From Gemmatimonas sp. (GTDB lineage: Bacteria > Gemmatimonadota > Gemmatimonadetes > Gemmatimonadales > Gemmatimonadaceae), in the NCBI GenBank assembly GCA_031414535.1, contig JANNVQ010000030.1, positions 32,001 to 96,000 of the forward strand: DNA of 64,000 bases. Direction: 5' to 3'. Shown piece by piece: positions 42,623-52,059 of the stretch (position 1 is the stretch's first letter; each line of letters starts with the position of its first letter). Position numbers and translations under genes: made by a program. Below the pieces are notes generated by a model. It saw only the letters and a list, made by a program, of their open reading frames with translations. It ran no database searches and had not been told where the DNA came from.

Positions 42623-43554
42623 CGGCGACGCACACGCTTGATGAGCAGGACGACCGCCACCACGATGCTGCCAGCGACGATGCCAACCACGCCCTCGAGC
42701 AAGAGCTTCACCACGCCACCCAGCGCGCCGGAGCCATGCGCCGCCGCGTCAACCAGGTGCTCAATTGGCGCTACGCCATGCACGATGATGGATCCGCCCA
42801 CCAAGAACATCGCGGCCGTGCCCACCACCGACAGCGTACGCATCAACCAAGGCGCCGAGCGCAGAATGAAGGCACCAAACGCGCGGCTCGATGCCGCTGC
42901 GGGGTTCTTGCCGGCCGCGCGCGTAAGCCGCAATCCCAGATCATCCAGCTTCACGATGCCCGCCACCAATCCGTACACCAGCACGGTGATGCCCACACCA
43001 ATCACGCTCAGCGCGCCAATCTGCTGCGCGATGGGCGCCGTAGCCATGGTCCCCAGCGCGATGACCACGATCTCGGCAGAGAGAATGAAGTCCGTGCGGA
43101 TGGCACCCTTGATGCGCGTCTTCTCGAGCGCCACAAGGTCAATCTCCGGGTTCACCAGCGCGGCCACGCGCACTTCGCGAGCTGCCTTGTCCTGCTCGGC
43201 GTCCTCGCGGTGCAAGTACTTGTGCATGTACTTGTGCACAAGCTTCTCCACGCCTTCGAAGCAGAGAAACACACCGCCAATCATGAGCAAGGGGACAATC
43301 AGCCGCGGCACGAAGGCGCTGATAAGCAGCGCGGCCGGTACGAGAATCAGCTTGTTGACGAACGAGCCCTTGGCCACGGCCCACACCACCGGGAGCTCGC
43401 GGTCCGCCTGAAATCCGGTAACCTGCTCGGCGTTCAACGCGAGATCATCGCCGACTACACCGGAGGTTTTTTTAACCGCCACCTTGCTGAGGACGGCGAC
43501 GTCGTCAAGCAGGCTGGTGATGTCATCAAGCAGGGCGAGGAGACTGGTGGCCAT
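42619..43554 (-). CDS. DUF808 (YedI-like) inner membrane protein
   Basis: SLLALLDDI, GDDLALNAEQV, AIRTDFILSAEI and GIVKLDDLG. Confidence 0.92.
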   Translation of the reverse strand: MATSLLALLDDITSLLDDVAVLSKVAVKKTSGVVGDDLALNAEQVTGFQADRELPVVWAVAKGSFVNKLILVPAALLISAFVPRLIVPLLMIGGVFLCFEGVEKLVHKYMHKYLHREDAEQDKAAREVRVAALVNPEIDLVALEKTRIKGAIRTDFILSAEIVVIALGTMATAPIAQQIGALSVIGVGITVLVYGLVAGIVKLDDLGLRLTRAAGKNPAAASSRAFGAFILRSAPWLMRTLSVVGTAAMFLVGGSIIVHGVAPIEHLVDAAAHGSGALGGVVKLLLEGVVGIVAGSIVVAVVLLIKRVRRR

Positions 43555-43571
43555 AGGCCTGAAAGCAAACC

Positions 43572-43617
43572 AATGAACAGCGCGGGGCAAGGTCATCCTT
43601 GCCCCGCGCTGTTCATT
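43572..43617. terminator. Perfect 21-bp inverted repeat (probable terminator of the upstream minus-strand gene)
   Basis: AATGAACAGCGCGGGGCAAGG-TCAT-CCTTGCCCCGCGCTGTTCATT. Confidence 0.7.
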
Positions 43618-43634
43618 CGTGAGGCGTCAGAGCC

Positions 43635-44438
43635 TCAGTCGTCGATCTCGACCTCGCAGCCGTCTTCGAATTCCACTTCGAACTCTACCAAGGTCCCCGT
43701 CGTCGCAAAGTTCGAGAGCGCCAAGTTGCGCACCGACCCGTCGGGGTTCTTGAACCAGAGGTCGGGCCACAGGTCAATGGTGAGGCCCGTGCTCGTGGCA
43801 TCGACCAAGAGCGGCGGCGAGAGCAGGCGCTCTACCTCGACCTCCGCATCGAAGTAGGTACGAAACGGCTGTGCCACGCCACCCGTGGGGGTAAACGTGC
43901 CGACGATGACCATCGAGGCACCGGCAGGCCAGTCAGAGTACGTCGCACGAACCTGCGCCAGCACCGCCGCGATGCGCGCGGCGTCCAAGGCTTCGTCCGC
44001 GTCACCCACGTCCACCTCAAGATCCTTGACCTCGAACTCTACGGCCGTGTAGGTGCCCTCGGGGATTCGGTCCGAGCCGATGGTCACCGCGCCTGAGCCC
44101 AAGGGCACATCCGCGACGAAGTAGCGTGATTCAAATGACCCGCAGTCTCCAGGGCCCGAACTATCGTCGTCACAGTCCATCACCGACTGACGCCGGAGTT
44201 CCAGTTCGTTGACGATGAGCTTGATATCCGTAATCAGCAGGGTCCCGTTGGTACCCGCGATGGAGAGGCCCCCGCTCTGCTCCACGCTGCTGCCCACCAC
44301 CGCCGGCGCCGTCATCCGAATGACCGCACTGCTGCCGGCGTCGGTTCCGGTATCGCAGGCGGAGAGCGTCAAGGCGAGGCCAAGCCCAAGAACAATGGCA
44401 CGCGGGGGCTGAGAGGCGTATCGTGTGTGCTTTTGCAT
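43635..44438 (-). CDS. Acidic hypothetical lipoprotein
   Basis: AGGAG RBS, lipobox LSAC and a beta-rich acidic sequence. Confidence 0.75.
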   Translation of the reverse strand: MQKHTRYASQPPRAIVLGLGLALTLSACDTGTDAGSSAVIRMTAPAVVGSSVEQSGGLSIAGTNGTLLITDIKLIVNELELRRQSVMDCDDDSSGPGDCGSFESRYFVADVPLGSGAVTIGSDRIPEGTYTAVEFEVKDLEVDVGDADEALDAARIAAVLAQVRATYSDWPAGASMVIVGTFTPTGGVAQPFRTYFDAEVEVERLLSPPLLVDATSTGLTIDLWPDLWFKNPDGSVRNLALSNFATTGTLVEFEVEFEDGCEVEIDD

Positions 44439-44649
44439 AATGGTACTCCTGTACATGTGATTACGAGCCGAGGGAATCAATCACTCGTACACTAAAGATG
44501 TATGCATGATGCTTCTGACCCGTGTGCGCAAAATCACAGAACGAACGGGAACTTTTTTCGGCATCGCACGCAGGGGATTTGCTGTGGTTGCCTATTCGAT
44601 GCTCGGTTCGTCAGGTACATTTTCCAAACACTCTCTTCTGAGGAACGCC

Positions 44650-44973
44650 ATGCTCGTCGTCACCACCGAAACTGTCGAAGGCAAGCCAATCAAGAAGCAC
44701 CTGGGCCTCGTCAGCGGAGAAGCAATTCTGGGTGCAAACATCTTCCGCGACTTCTTCGCGGGTATCCGCGACATCGTGGGTGGCCGCTCCGCCGCCTATG
44801 AGGAAGAGCTCCGCAAGGCGAAGGACATCGCCATTCAGGAAATGCAGCAGCAGGCGGCAGCGATGGGGGGCAACGCCGTCGTCGGCGTGGACCTCGATTA
44901 CGAGAACATCACCGTCGGCGCGAGTGGCGGCATGTTGATGGTGAGCGCGAGCGGCACCGCGGTCGTGCTGTAG
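44650..44973 (+). CDS. YbjQ/UPF0145 family protein
   Basis: [22 protein letters not shown] and [11 protein letters not shown]. Confidence 0.93.
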   Translation: MLVVTTETVEGKPIKKHLGLVSGEAILGANIFRDFFAGIRDIVGGRSAAYEEELRKAKDIAIQEMQQQAAAMGGNAVVGVDLDYENITVGASGGMLMVSASGTAVVL

Positions 44974-44994
44974 TCACAGCACGGCCGGCCTCAT

Positions 44995-46119
44995 TCAAGG
45001 GAGTCGCGCCCGCTCCTCAAAACGCGTGAAGTCCGCGCCGAGCACACGCAACGAGAGCTCGGCGCGGAGGGCGGCAGGAGGCAACTCCACTGCAAAGCGC
45101 GGCCCGTCGAGCCTCGCGCGACGTCCATTCACAAACAACTTGGCCCCGGGCGCTAACCCGAGAGCCCGCCCAACCAGCGTGTAGTTGTTCTCCACGCCTT
45201 CGAGCGTGAGGGTTGGGCAGTCCCGCTCACAGCCGGCCCAACGCGCGGTGTCTCGGAGCGCGCCAGCCGCGGACTCGGCCGCGGCATCAGCCCCCAGGAC
45301 AAGGTCCGCACCGGCCTCGTGCACCATGATGGGCGCGTCGAGCCGATACACAACCCGAGGCACCAGCGTGGAGAACAGCGCGAGGCCACGCGCAGCTCGC
45401 TCCTCCTCGAGCGATTCCACAAACGCCGCCGTCAACACCCCACTCTCGCCCGACGCAAACATGAGGGCAGTCGGTGCGCCCGGTGTAGCAAAGGCGGCGA
45501 GATCCTTCGTGGCTCGCAGCGCTGCGGGAGGTGCCGCCAGACGCTCGCGCACGTTGTGAAAGAAGCTTGAGGCCTCCGGAGCCTCCAGCACCACAAACAT
45601 CTGACGGGCCGGCAGGGTGATCATCCAGTTCGCCATTACCTCGTGGCGCAGGATGCGTGCCTCAAACGAGGCCGGCGGCCGCTCCCCCGCACTTCTCGGT
45701 GCAGGCGGCATCGGCAACGTGTCGGCGAGCACGAGGAAGCGCGGTCCGCCGAGCCCCCGAAAGTACAGCGCCACCAGATCATTCGGACCGGCACTTCGCT
45801 GCACCGAGTCGAGCGCGGCCATCAGCGCGGCGCGCGTAGCCGACGCGCCCACGAGTGTGTGCGCCTGCACCGAATAGAACGGCATCGCGAGTTGGCTCAT
45901 CGCGACGGCCACACGCACCGCGTCCTCCTCGGCACCTGCTTGGCGTAAGGCCGGGCTACCGTACTGCGCAATACCAATGGTGATCACATGGAGCTTGGGA
46001 CGCGTGTCGTTCAACGTGGGCCCGCTTAGATGCGACAATGGGGATGACGGCCGACAGCCCGTCATCCCCACAAGCCACAGCCCAACCAAGGCGCCTCGCA
46101 GCGCCTGCCACGGGATCAC
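44995..46119 (-). CDS. Caspase-fold (C14-like) lipoprotein lacking both catalytic residues
   Basis: GTG start overlaps the upstream stop. Lipobox MTGC. ITIGIAQY, DA..VA and ATR..L motifs, with LYFRGLG in place of F[AS]GHG and LEAP in place of DAC. Confidence 0.75.
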   Translation of the reverse strand: MIPWQALRGALVGLWLVGMTGCRPSSPLSHLSGPTLNDTRPKLHVITIGIAQYGSPALRQAGAEEDAVRVAVAMSQLAMPFYSVQAHTLVGASATRAALMAALDSVQRSAGPNDLVALYFRGLGGPRFLVLADTLPMPPAPRSAGERPPASFEARILRHEVMANWMITLPARQMFVVLEAPEASSFFHNVRERLAAPPAALRATKDLAAFATPGAPTALMFASGESGVLTAAFVESLEEERAARGLALFSTLVPRVVYRLDAPIMVHEAGADLVLGADAAAESAAGALRDTARWAGCERDCPTLTLEGVENNYTLVGRALGLAPGAKLFVNGRRARLDGPRFAVELPPAALRAELSLRVLGADFTRFEERARLP

Positions 46120-47561
46120 TGGAGGCGTGCGGCCAGCGGCGACCAATCGAAGATGGACAGCGACACGTACATCCGCGGCTTGCCATAGGTGTCCGTCGTG
46201 CTCAATTCGGAAGGATCGGCGAGTACGCTGCCCTCCGACAATCCCACGAGTTGGCGACTTCGCATCCATGCGGCCCCAACTCCAATCCGAAGGAAAGTCC
46301 GGCTCGCTGCAATGCCAACACCGAACGTCGGCGTGCTGCCAGCGCCAACGACGATCTCCGGGAGCCAGAACGCCGTACCATTGATATGCCGCTGATCGAG
46401 TACGCCATACGTGAATCCCAAGACGCCAGCGGCGCTGAAGCGTGCGTCGCTGGTGCCCGTGCGCGCCACCACCGTACTGGTACCACTCGTCGCGGTGCCC
46501 CAGCGCGGAAAGCGGGCGGTGGGTGCCGCGAGCCCACCAATGCTCAGCGCAGGTGAGATGAGGACACGCGGCTGCACCGTGACGGTCCACTCCACCTTCG
46601 GGAGGGTCGCGACGCGCGCGAGTTCCCGCTCGGAGCGTGGCAGTGCGGTGATGGTCATGCGCCGCGCGGAGCCCGCGCGCGCCGCGACGGTGTCAAGCGC
46701 GAGCGCGGAACAAGCGCCACCAACAATGCCGACCAACTGCTCAAGCTGATACGCGGAGGTCACGAGGGACTCGTAATCGTCAAGCATACGCGCCGCGCGC
46801 GATTTTTCGACGAGCGCGGAGTCGTACGTGGCCTGCCACGACTTGACGTCGCTGAAGGCTGGGCCCGCGAGTGCTTCCCCTAAAGCCGCTTGCGCACGTG
46901 CCGTCTCAAAGACGCTCGCCAAAAGATTCCGCGCGGTGGGCAAGCGGACCGGCGCATCATTCCCACACGACACGGGGACAGGTAGCAGCTCTTGCAATTC
47001 CACCGTCGCTTCTTCAGGCGCCACACCAAAACGCATGCGTTCAAGCGCATACAGCGTGGTCGTCTGCAACTGCTGAATCCCGGCGCGCCCCTGCACCGCT
47101 ACATCCACTCGGGCCGCCGCGAGACGAATCGCTGACGCCGCCTCGCTGAGGTCCCGACGATCTGACTCCGCCATTGCCGCCATCGCCTCAGCGGCAGCGG
47201 CATCGGAATCGCCGCCGCGCCCGCCGAGCGCTGCTGCTACCTTCTGCAGCTCTGGCATGTACGGGGCTGAACGAAGAATCAGCGACGTCACTGTTTCCAC
47301 TTCCGGCAAGGGCACGGCAGCCTGTGACGATTCAAAGCGATAAAGGGCCGTGTTAGACCCCACGACCCGGATCTCGACGGGCACCCCGCGTGGCACGCGT
47401 ATCGTCGGGTTGCGTCCGACGACGCTCGTGTCGCTGCGTCCGTTTACTGTGTAAATGAAGCGTGCGATGCCGCTCTTGTGATCTATCTCAACACGCCCGT
47501 GCCGCTCCTGCGCCGCCAGCGGCAGAGCCGCGGCGGCGAGGAGCATCAAAGCGAGCTTCAT
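46116..47561 (-). CDS. Exported hypothetical protein: helical middle, beta-strand-rich C-terminus
   Basis: Signal peptide MKLALMLLAAAALPLAA-Q. Operonic spacing with both neighbours. Confidence 0.75.
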   Translation of the reverse strand: MKLALMLLAAAALPLAAQERHGRVEIDHKSGIARFIYTVNGRSDTSVVGRNPTIRVPRGVPVEIRVVGSNTALYRFESSQAAVPLPEVETVTSLILRSAPYMPELQKVAAALGGRGGDSDAAAAEAMAAMAESDRRDLSEAASAIRLAAARVDVAVQGRAGIQQLQTTTLYALERMRFGVAPEEATVELQELLPVPVSCGNDAPVRLPTARNLLASVFETARAQAALGEALAGPAFSDVKSWQATYDSALVEKSRAARMLDDYESLVTSAYQLEQLVGIVGGACSALALDTVAARAGSARRMTITALPRSERELARVATLPKVEWTVTVQPRVLISPALSIGGLAAPTARFPRWGTATSGTSTVVARTGTSDARFSAAGVLGFTYGVLDQRHINGTAFWLPEIVVGAGSTPTFGVGIAASRTFLRIGVGAAWMRSRQLVGLSEGSVLADPSELSTTDTYGKPRMYVSLSIFDWSPLAARLQ

Positions 47562-47575
47562 GTCACACACGCGAA

Positions 47576-49456
47576 CTAATTCCGACCTGCGCCGACACCA
47601 ATCACGTTGCCGTTGTTCGCCACCACAATCAGCGACCACGAACCCTTATTCCAGCGGTGCACCGTGCCCTGACTACCCTGCTGCTGGAGCTCCGAGTTTC
47701 CGTGCGCCGCGGTCACGCTGGCGAAGGTGCTGCCCACGGTCACACCAGCAACGGCACCACCCTCGCGACGTTCAATGGCGAACAGCTTCACGAGGCCCTC
47801 TTCATCGAGCACGATGGAGAGACCGCGCGCCGGATACCGCCACACCGTGCCAGCGGCATCCTGGCCACCCTGTGGCTCACCGAGCGCCGCCACGATGCGC
47901 GAACGCGTGGCACCAAGCTCTACACCGTTCACGTTCGGTGCCGGTGAGGCCGTCGGTGGCGTGGACGGCGTCACGGCCGGAACCGCGCCGCCGGCCGCAC
48001 GGGCGATCTCCTGCGCCTCACGCGCCCAAGTCGAACGGCCGTCACGCTGGATGTAGCGCGTCACGTAGCGATTCGCTCCGTCACGGTCACCCATCGCCAG
48101 CGACACGCGGGCGAGGTTGAACAGCACCTGCGCCGGCACGGCCGTTCCCGAGGCCTGCTCGGCGCGCGTGAACGCGTCCTTGGCCTCGGCGTTCCGGTTG
48201 GCGAGGAAGTACACCACGCCAAGGTTGTTGAGCACGGCGGGATCACGCGGCGCACGAGTGGCCGCGAGGGTCGCCTTCTCAATGGCCGGCGCCGTCTCGC
48301 CATCGTACGCCTCAATGACGGCCAAGTTCGAGAGCGTGTACGGATGCGCGTCGCGCGTGAACAGTACGGTGAAGGCCTCGCGCGCCGGACGGCGAGCGGC
48401 AATGCCCTGACTCGGGTTCGAACCGCGGATGGCGCCCATGAAGCGCGCGTCATACGCGGGCAGCATTGGACGAAGCTTCAATTCGGACGGTTCAGAACCC
48501 GCCAGCCACTGCTGGGCCAACACCACCGCCCGTGCGTGCTGCGCGGCCGCCAACTGCGGGAACGCCGCGAGCACGCGGTCGAGCATGGCAATCGCGGTAT
48601 CCGGAAGTTCATTGGCCTGGATCAGCGCGATGGCGTCGTCGTAGTCGCGCTGCAGGAGCTTGAGTTGGCCGCGGGCGACTTCGAGCATCGCCACGCGCTC
48701 AGCAGCGCGCGGGTGACCGCCGGTCCACGTGATGCGATTGCGCCAACTGCGACTGTTGCGCTCGTCGCGGTCCATCGAATCAAAGAGATCGATGGCGTCC
48801 TGCACTTCGTAGCCGATGCGCAGGATGTACACGGCGCCTGCGCGGTCAGCCTCCAGCTCTTGGTCGCGCTCAAACCGCGTAGCCGCCATGAGGACGGAGT
48901 CGCGGACAACAGCGCCCATGGTCTGCGCTTGGCTCAAACGCCGCGTCATCTCCTGCCGGCGCTGCATAGTGCGATTCACGTTCTCCGTGTGGCCGAGCTC
49001 GAGATGCCCGAACTCGTGGCCAATGACGGCCGCCATGCAGCCCATGTAAGCTCGGCGCTTGGCCGTGGCGTCCGAGGGTGCCTTGGTGCTCGCGTACTCA
49101 TTGCAATACAACGAGAGACCCACGTTGATGAGCATACCGCCGCCAGGAATCGCCGCCGCATTGAGCGACGAGTCCATGATGATTTCCCACTTGAGCGGAT
49201 GCGTGTCGTAACTCACGGTGCGCTGCACCGCTTGGATGATGCCGCCAATGTCGGCGCGGCGCTGAGGGTCCGTGTCGCGCCCAAAGCGACGCACACGATC
49301 CGCGAGCACTTGGTCGGTGATGTCCCGCAGCTGCTGGTCGGACATCATGTTGTCCCGCGCCGAGAGGTTCTGCTGGGCCGAAACGGACGACGCCGCGATA
49401 CCCATCGCGACAAGGGCGCCAAGAGCGCGGCGCATCAAACTGTGTGTGCGTGACAT
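47576..49456 (-). CDS. Exported M48 family metalloprotease with TPR repeats and C-terminal domain
   Basis: NAAAIPGG, HEFGH, ELEAD..G and HP...ER motifs, plus TPR-like LNNLGVVYF and LFNLARV. Confidence 0.9.
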   Translation of the reverse strand: MSRTHSLMRRALGALVAMGIAASSVSAQQNLSARDNMMSDQQLRDITDQVLADRVRRFGRDTDPQRRADIGGIIQAVQRTVSYDTHPLKWEIIMDSSLNAAAIPGGGMLINVGLSLYCNEYASTKAPSDATAKRRAYMGCMAAVIGHEFGHLELGHTENVNRTMQRRQEMTRRLSQAQTMGAVVRDSVLMAATRFERDQELEADRAGAVYILRIGYEVQDAIDLFDSMDRDERNSRSWRNRITWTGGHPRAAERVAMLEVARGQLKLLQRDYDDAIALIQANELPDTAIAMLDRVLAAFPQLAAAQHARAVVLAQQWLAGSEPSELKLRPMLPAYDARFMGAIRGSNPSQGIAARRPAREAFTVLFTRDAHPYTLSNLAVIEAYDGETAPAIEKATLAATRAPRDPAVLNNLGVVYFLANRNAEAKDAFTRAEQASGTAVPAQVLFNLARVSLAMGDRDGANRYVTRYIQRDGRSTWAREAQEIARAAGGAVPAVTPSTPPTASPAPNVNGVELGATRSRIVAALGEPQGGQDAAGTVWRYPARGLSIVLDEEGLVKLFAIERREGGAVAGVTVGSTFASVTAAHGNSELQQQGSQGTVHRWNKGSWSLIVVANNGNVIGVGAGRN

Positions 49457-49500
49457 GGGATCGGGATTTGGGAACGAGACAAAACAAAGATGGGGATATT

Positions 49501-51804
49501 CTACGGCGCCGTGCTGCGAATGACGATACGGTCGAGCGACCAATTGAGCGGGGCCTGCGTGGTGGTGCCGCGTGTACGGTTACCGGTTCCACCCAAAAGC
49601 GTCGACAGCCCGCCTGCTGCTGCGCCACGGGTGGCCGAGCGCACGCCCGACCATTCGAAAGCCCATGGCTCGATAATCTCGTCTGAGGACAGAAGCAGGA
49701 AGGAGTCCACGCCGAAAGGCGCGCCCACCCCAAACTGGCTCTGCGGCCCAAGCGGGATGTTGGTGGGCCAGCGTCCGCTGGGCGCGCGCTCAAACGGCAC
49801 ACGATTCTCCACGTTGGCCGACTGCGGGTAGATGAGCGCCGAGTTGCCGTAGGAGTCAATCGCAAACACATAGATGCGACGACGCTCGATGCGCTCCGAG
49901 ACCGCGGCGGAGTCCGCGACGAGTTCAATCTCGTACTGCTCTCCGCCCACAAACGGACCTTCGGTACGCAGTGCGCCATCACGCACGCGGCGGAAGGCCA
50001 GGCGATACGGAAAGGTGCGACCGCCCGGAGGCGCCTCCAGCAGGAACCAGGACCTCACGCGTGCCAAAGTGAAGGCCTTATCGGCCAACTGCGAGACGAC
50101 GCGCTGTTCACCATCGGCCGCATTCAGCCACTCCGTGCGCAGCGGCAGTGGCGAGGTGTTGGCAATCGCCTCGGATGCCGTGGGTTGCACCAGTGCGTAC
50201 TGCACACCGTTGCCCGTCGTGCGTCCGACCAGTGCGTACGTCGCATTGCCAATCTCGTTCACGAGCTGCACCGAGCTTCCCGCGGGAAACGAGCCGGACA
50301 ACTGCGCGGCCACCGCCGCCGTGGGCGGAAGATTCAAGAAGAAGCGCACGGCGCTCGCACTCCCACGCAGGCGCGCCAACCGCTCACGCAACACGGCCGG
50401 CGTGATGCGGCGCGGCAAGGCGATGGCGGCCGCACCACTTGGCTTCAACTCCCAGCCTGCCGTGCCCCACTGCATCACCACGAAGGGCAGTGAATCCGTG
50501 GGCAGCGCCGCGAGATCGTCGAGCCATTCAATGCCATCTTCACCGCGCAGCTCACTGGCCGAATCCGCCACGGCCTGCAAGGCTGCCGCATCCGGACCAG
50601 CCGCGGCCACAAATAGCGTCACGCCCGCACTCGGCGCCGACACCCAGCGCTCCAGCACGAAGAGATCGCCCACCTGCACGCGCCCGGCGTCGCCGGTGGT
50701 CACGCGACCGCGCGTGCGACTGATGCCAAGCACCGTATCAACCGTGATGCGTACGCTCGAGTCGGCGCCGGTGGAAAGCTTGCGGAGCACGGCACCGCCG
50801 CGAATGCCCAACGCGGGGCCACCCTGCAACTCGACGCCGTTAAGGCCGATGCGCAACACGGCCACGGACGTCGTGCCATCGCCAGCCGCCGAGCCGCCAA
50901 AGAGCGGCCGCAACTGGCGCTCGCTCGTGGCGTCGAGCACCGGCTCTTGCGGCAAGCCATCCATCTGCATGCGCGCGCGCATGCGGCGGAACACGTTCAC
51001 CGCCGATTCGCCGGGCGGCACGTTGTTGAGCGTCTCGATGAGTGCCACGGTGAACACGCCGCGTGGCTCGCCGCTGGGCCCCGCGCGTTCAAGGGCCGAC
51101 TGGTAGTCTTGGGCAGCCGAGATCACCAGCGCACCACGACGGTCCGGTGACTCGTCCACGCCGAGGCCGGGATCGGCGGCGTCGCGCTCATCGATGGCCG
51201 CCCAACGCTCAACGGCTTGCGAGAGCCCTCCCCGTGTGATGGAACCCGAGTGGCAGGAATCGAAAATCAGAATGAGTTCGACGCCCTTGTCTAAGAACGG
51301 ATTAAACAAGCGCGCCAGTTCTTTGTCGCGAATATCGAAGGCACCGATGTTGGCATCAGCCACGACGATGGTTTGATCGAGCTTGCTCGGGCTATTGTTG
51401 AGCGTGTTGCGACGCTGCGATCCGTGGCCCGCGTAGTAGAACACCACGACGTCGCCGCGCTCGGATTTCGCCAGCAACTCGTTGACGGCCGCGACCACCG
51501 CCTCGCGCGTGGCTGCGGCGTCCGTGAGCAATTGTGTATTTTGCTGCGGAAAGCCAAAGCGACCCACCAAGAGATCGCGCATGGAGGTGGCATCGTTCAC
51601 GGCGCCATTGAGGTTCGTGATGCGGCGTGCGGTGGTAAACTGCGAGCCCGTGGGAGAACTCACTGCGTCGTAGCGATTGATGCCGACCGCGAGCGCGCGC
51701 TTGGTCTGCGCTTCAAGAAAGCTCGTCGCCAACAGGAAGAGCGCCGCAAGGAGCGTCGCGCGGCTGAGAGGCCTGCTGACTTGCTGAGCGAGAGAGACGA
51801 GCAC
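49501..51804 (-). CDS. Exported caspase-family (C14) protease with C-terminal DUF4384-like domain
   Basis: KRALAVGINRY, L.GAVNDA, YYAGHG (His 51424-51426), FDSCHSG (Cys 51253-51255) and GVFT.AL. Start uncertain (GTG 51804 or TTG 51846). Confidence 0.9.
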   Translation of the reverse strand: MLVSLAQQVSRPLSRATLLAALFLLATSFLEAQTKRALAVGINRYDAVSSPTGSQFTTARRITNLNGAVNDATSMRDLLVGRFGFPQQNTQLLTDAAATREAVVAAVNELLAKSERGDVVVFYYAGHGSQRRNTLNNSPSKLDQTIVVADANIGAFDIRDKELARLFNPFLDKGVELILIFDSCHSGSITRGGLSQAVERWAAIDERDAADPGLGVDESPDRRGALVISAAQDYQSALERAGPSGEPRGVFTVALIETLNNVPPGESAVNVFRRMRARMQMDGLPQEPVLDATSERQLRPLFGGSAAGDGTTSVAVLRIGLNGVELQGGPALGIRGGAVLRKLSTGADSSVRITVDTVLGISRTRGRVTTGDAGRVQVGDLFVLERWVSAPSAGVTLFVAAAGPDAAALQAVADSASELRGEDGIEWLDDLAALPTDSLPFVVMQWGTAGWELKPSGAAAIALPRRITPAVLRERLARLRGSASAVRFFLNLPPTAAVAAQLSGSFPAGSSVQLVNEIGNATYALVGRTTGNGVQYALVQPTASEAIANTSPLPLRTEWLNAADGEQRVVSQLADKAFTLARVRSWFLLEAPPGGRTFPYRLAFRRVRDGALRTEGPFVGGEQYEIELVADSAAVSERIERRRIYVFAIDSYGNSALIYPQSANVENRVPFERAPSGRWPTNIPLGPQSQFGVGAPFGVDSFLLLSSDEIIEPWAFEWSGVRSATRGAAAGGLSTLLGGTGNRTRGTTTQAPLNWSLDRIVIRSTAP

Positions 51805-52059
51805 GTTCGCGGAATGATGAGTGAAGTGGAGTGGCGCGCAGCGCAATCACGATCTCGCGGCTGTGCTACACCGCGAGTTCCTACGAGATCATTGCGTGAC
51901 CGGCGTCACCAAAGACGTAGGACATCAGGAACGAGTGGAACACTTAGAAGAAGCGGTGAATACAAGAGCCGCGCAACAGCACCACACCCATTGCGCATCA
52001 TGCCCGCCGCAATGCAACGTCCGTTGTCTGTAAATCTCCTCTCCAGTTGGAGCTCCGCA

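Noticed and set aside
42409..43857. 482-aa plus-strand ORF, and similar long ORFs at 16493-17578, 48344-49453, 49874-51106 and 56940-58277
   Set aside because: These are antisense shadows of well-supported genes, expected in high-GC DNA, and carry no recognisable motifs.
46120..46590. N-terminal 157 codons of the 531-aa ORF
   Set aside because: It overlaps the upstream gene in another frame. GTG 46119 gives a coupled start and a lipobox.
51373..52059. Upstream part of the 390-aa ORF 51373..52545
   Set aside because: It overlaps caspase A antisense. The real gene most likely starts at ATG 52060, which has an RBS and signal peptide.
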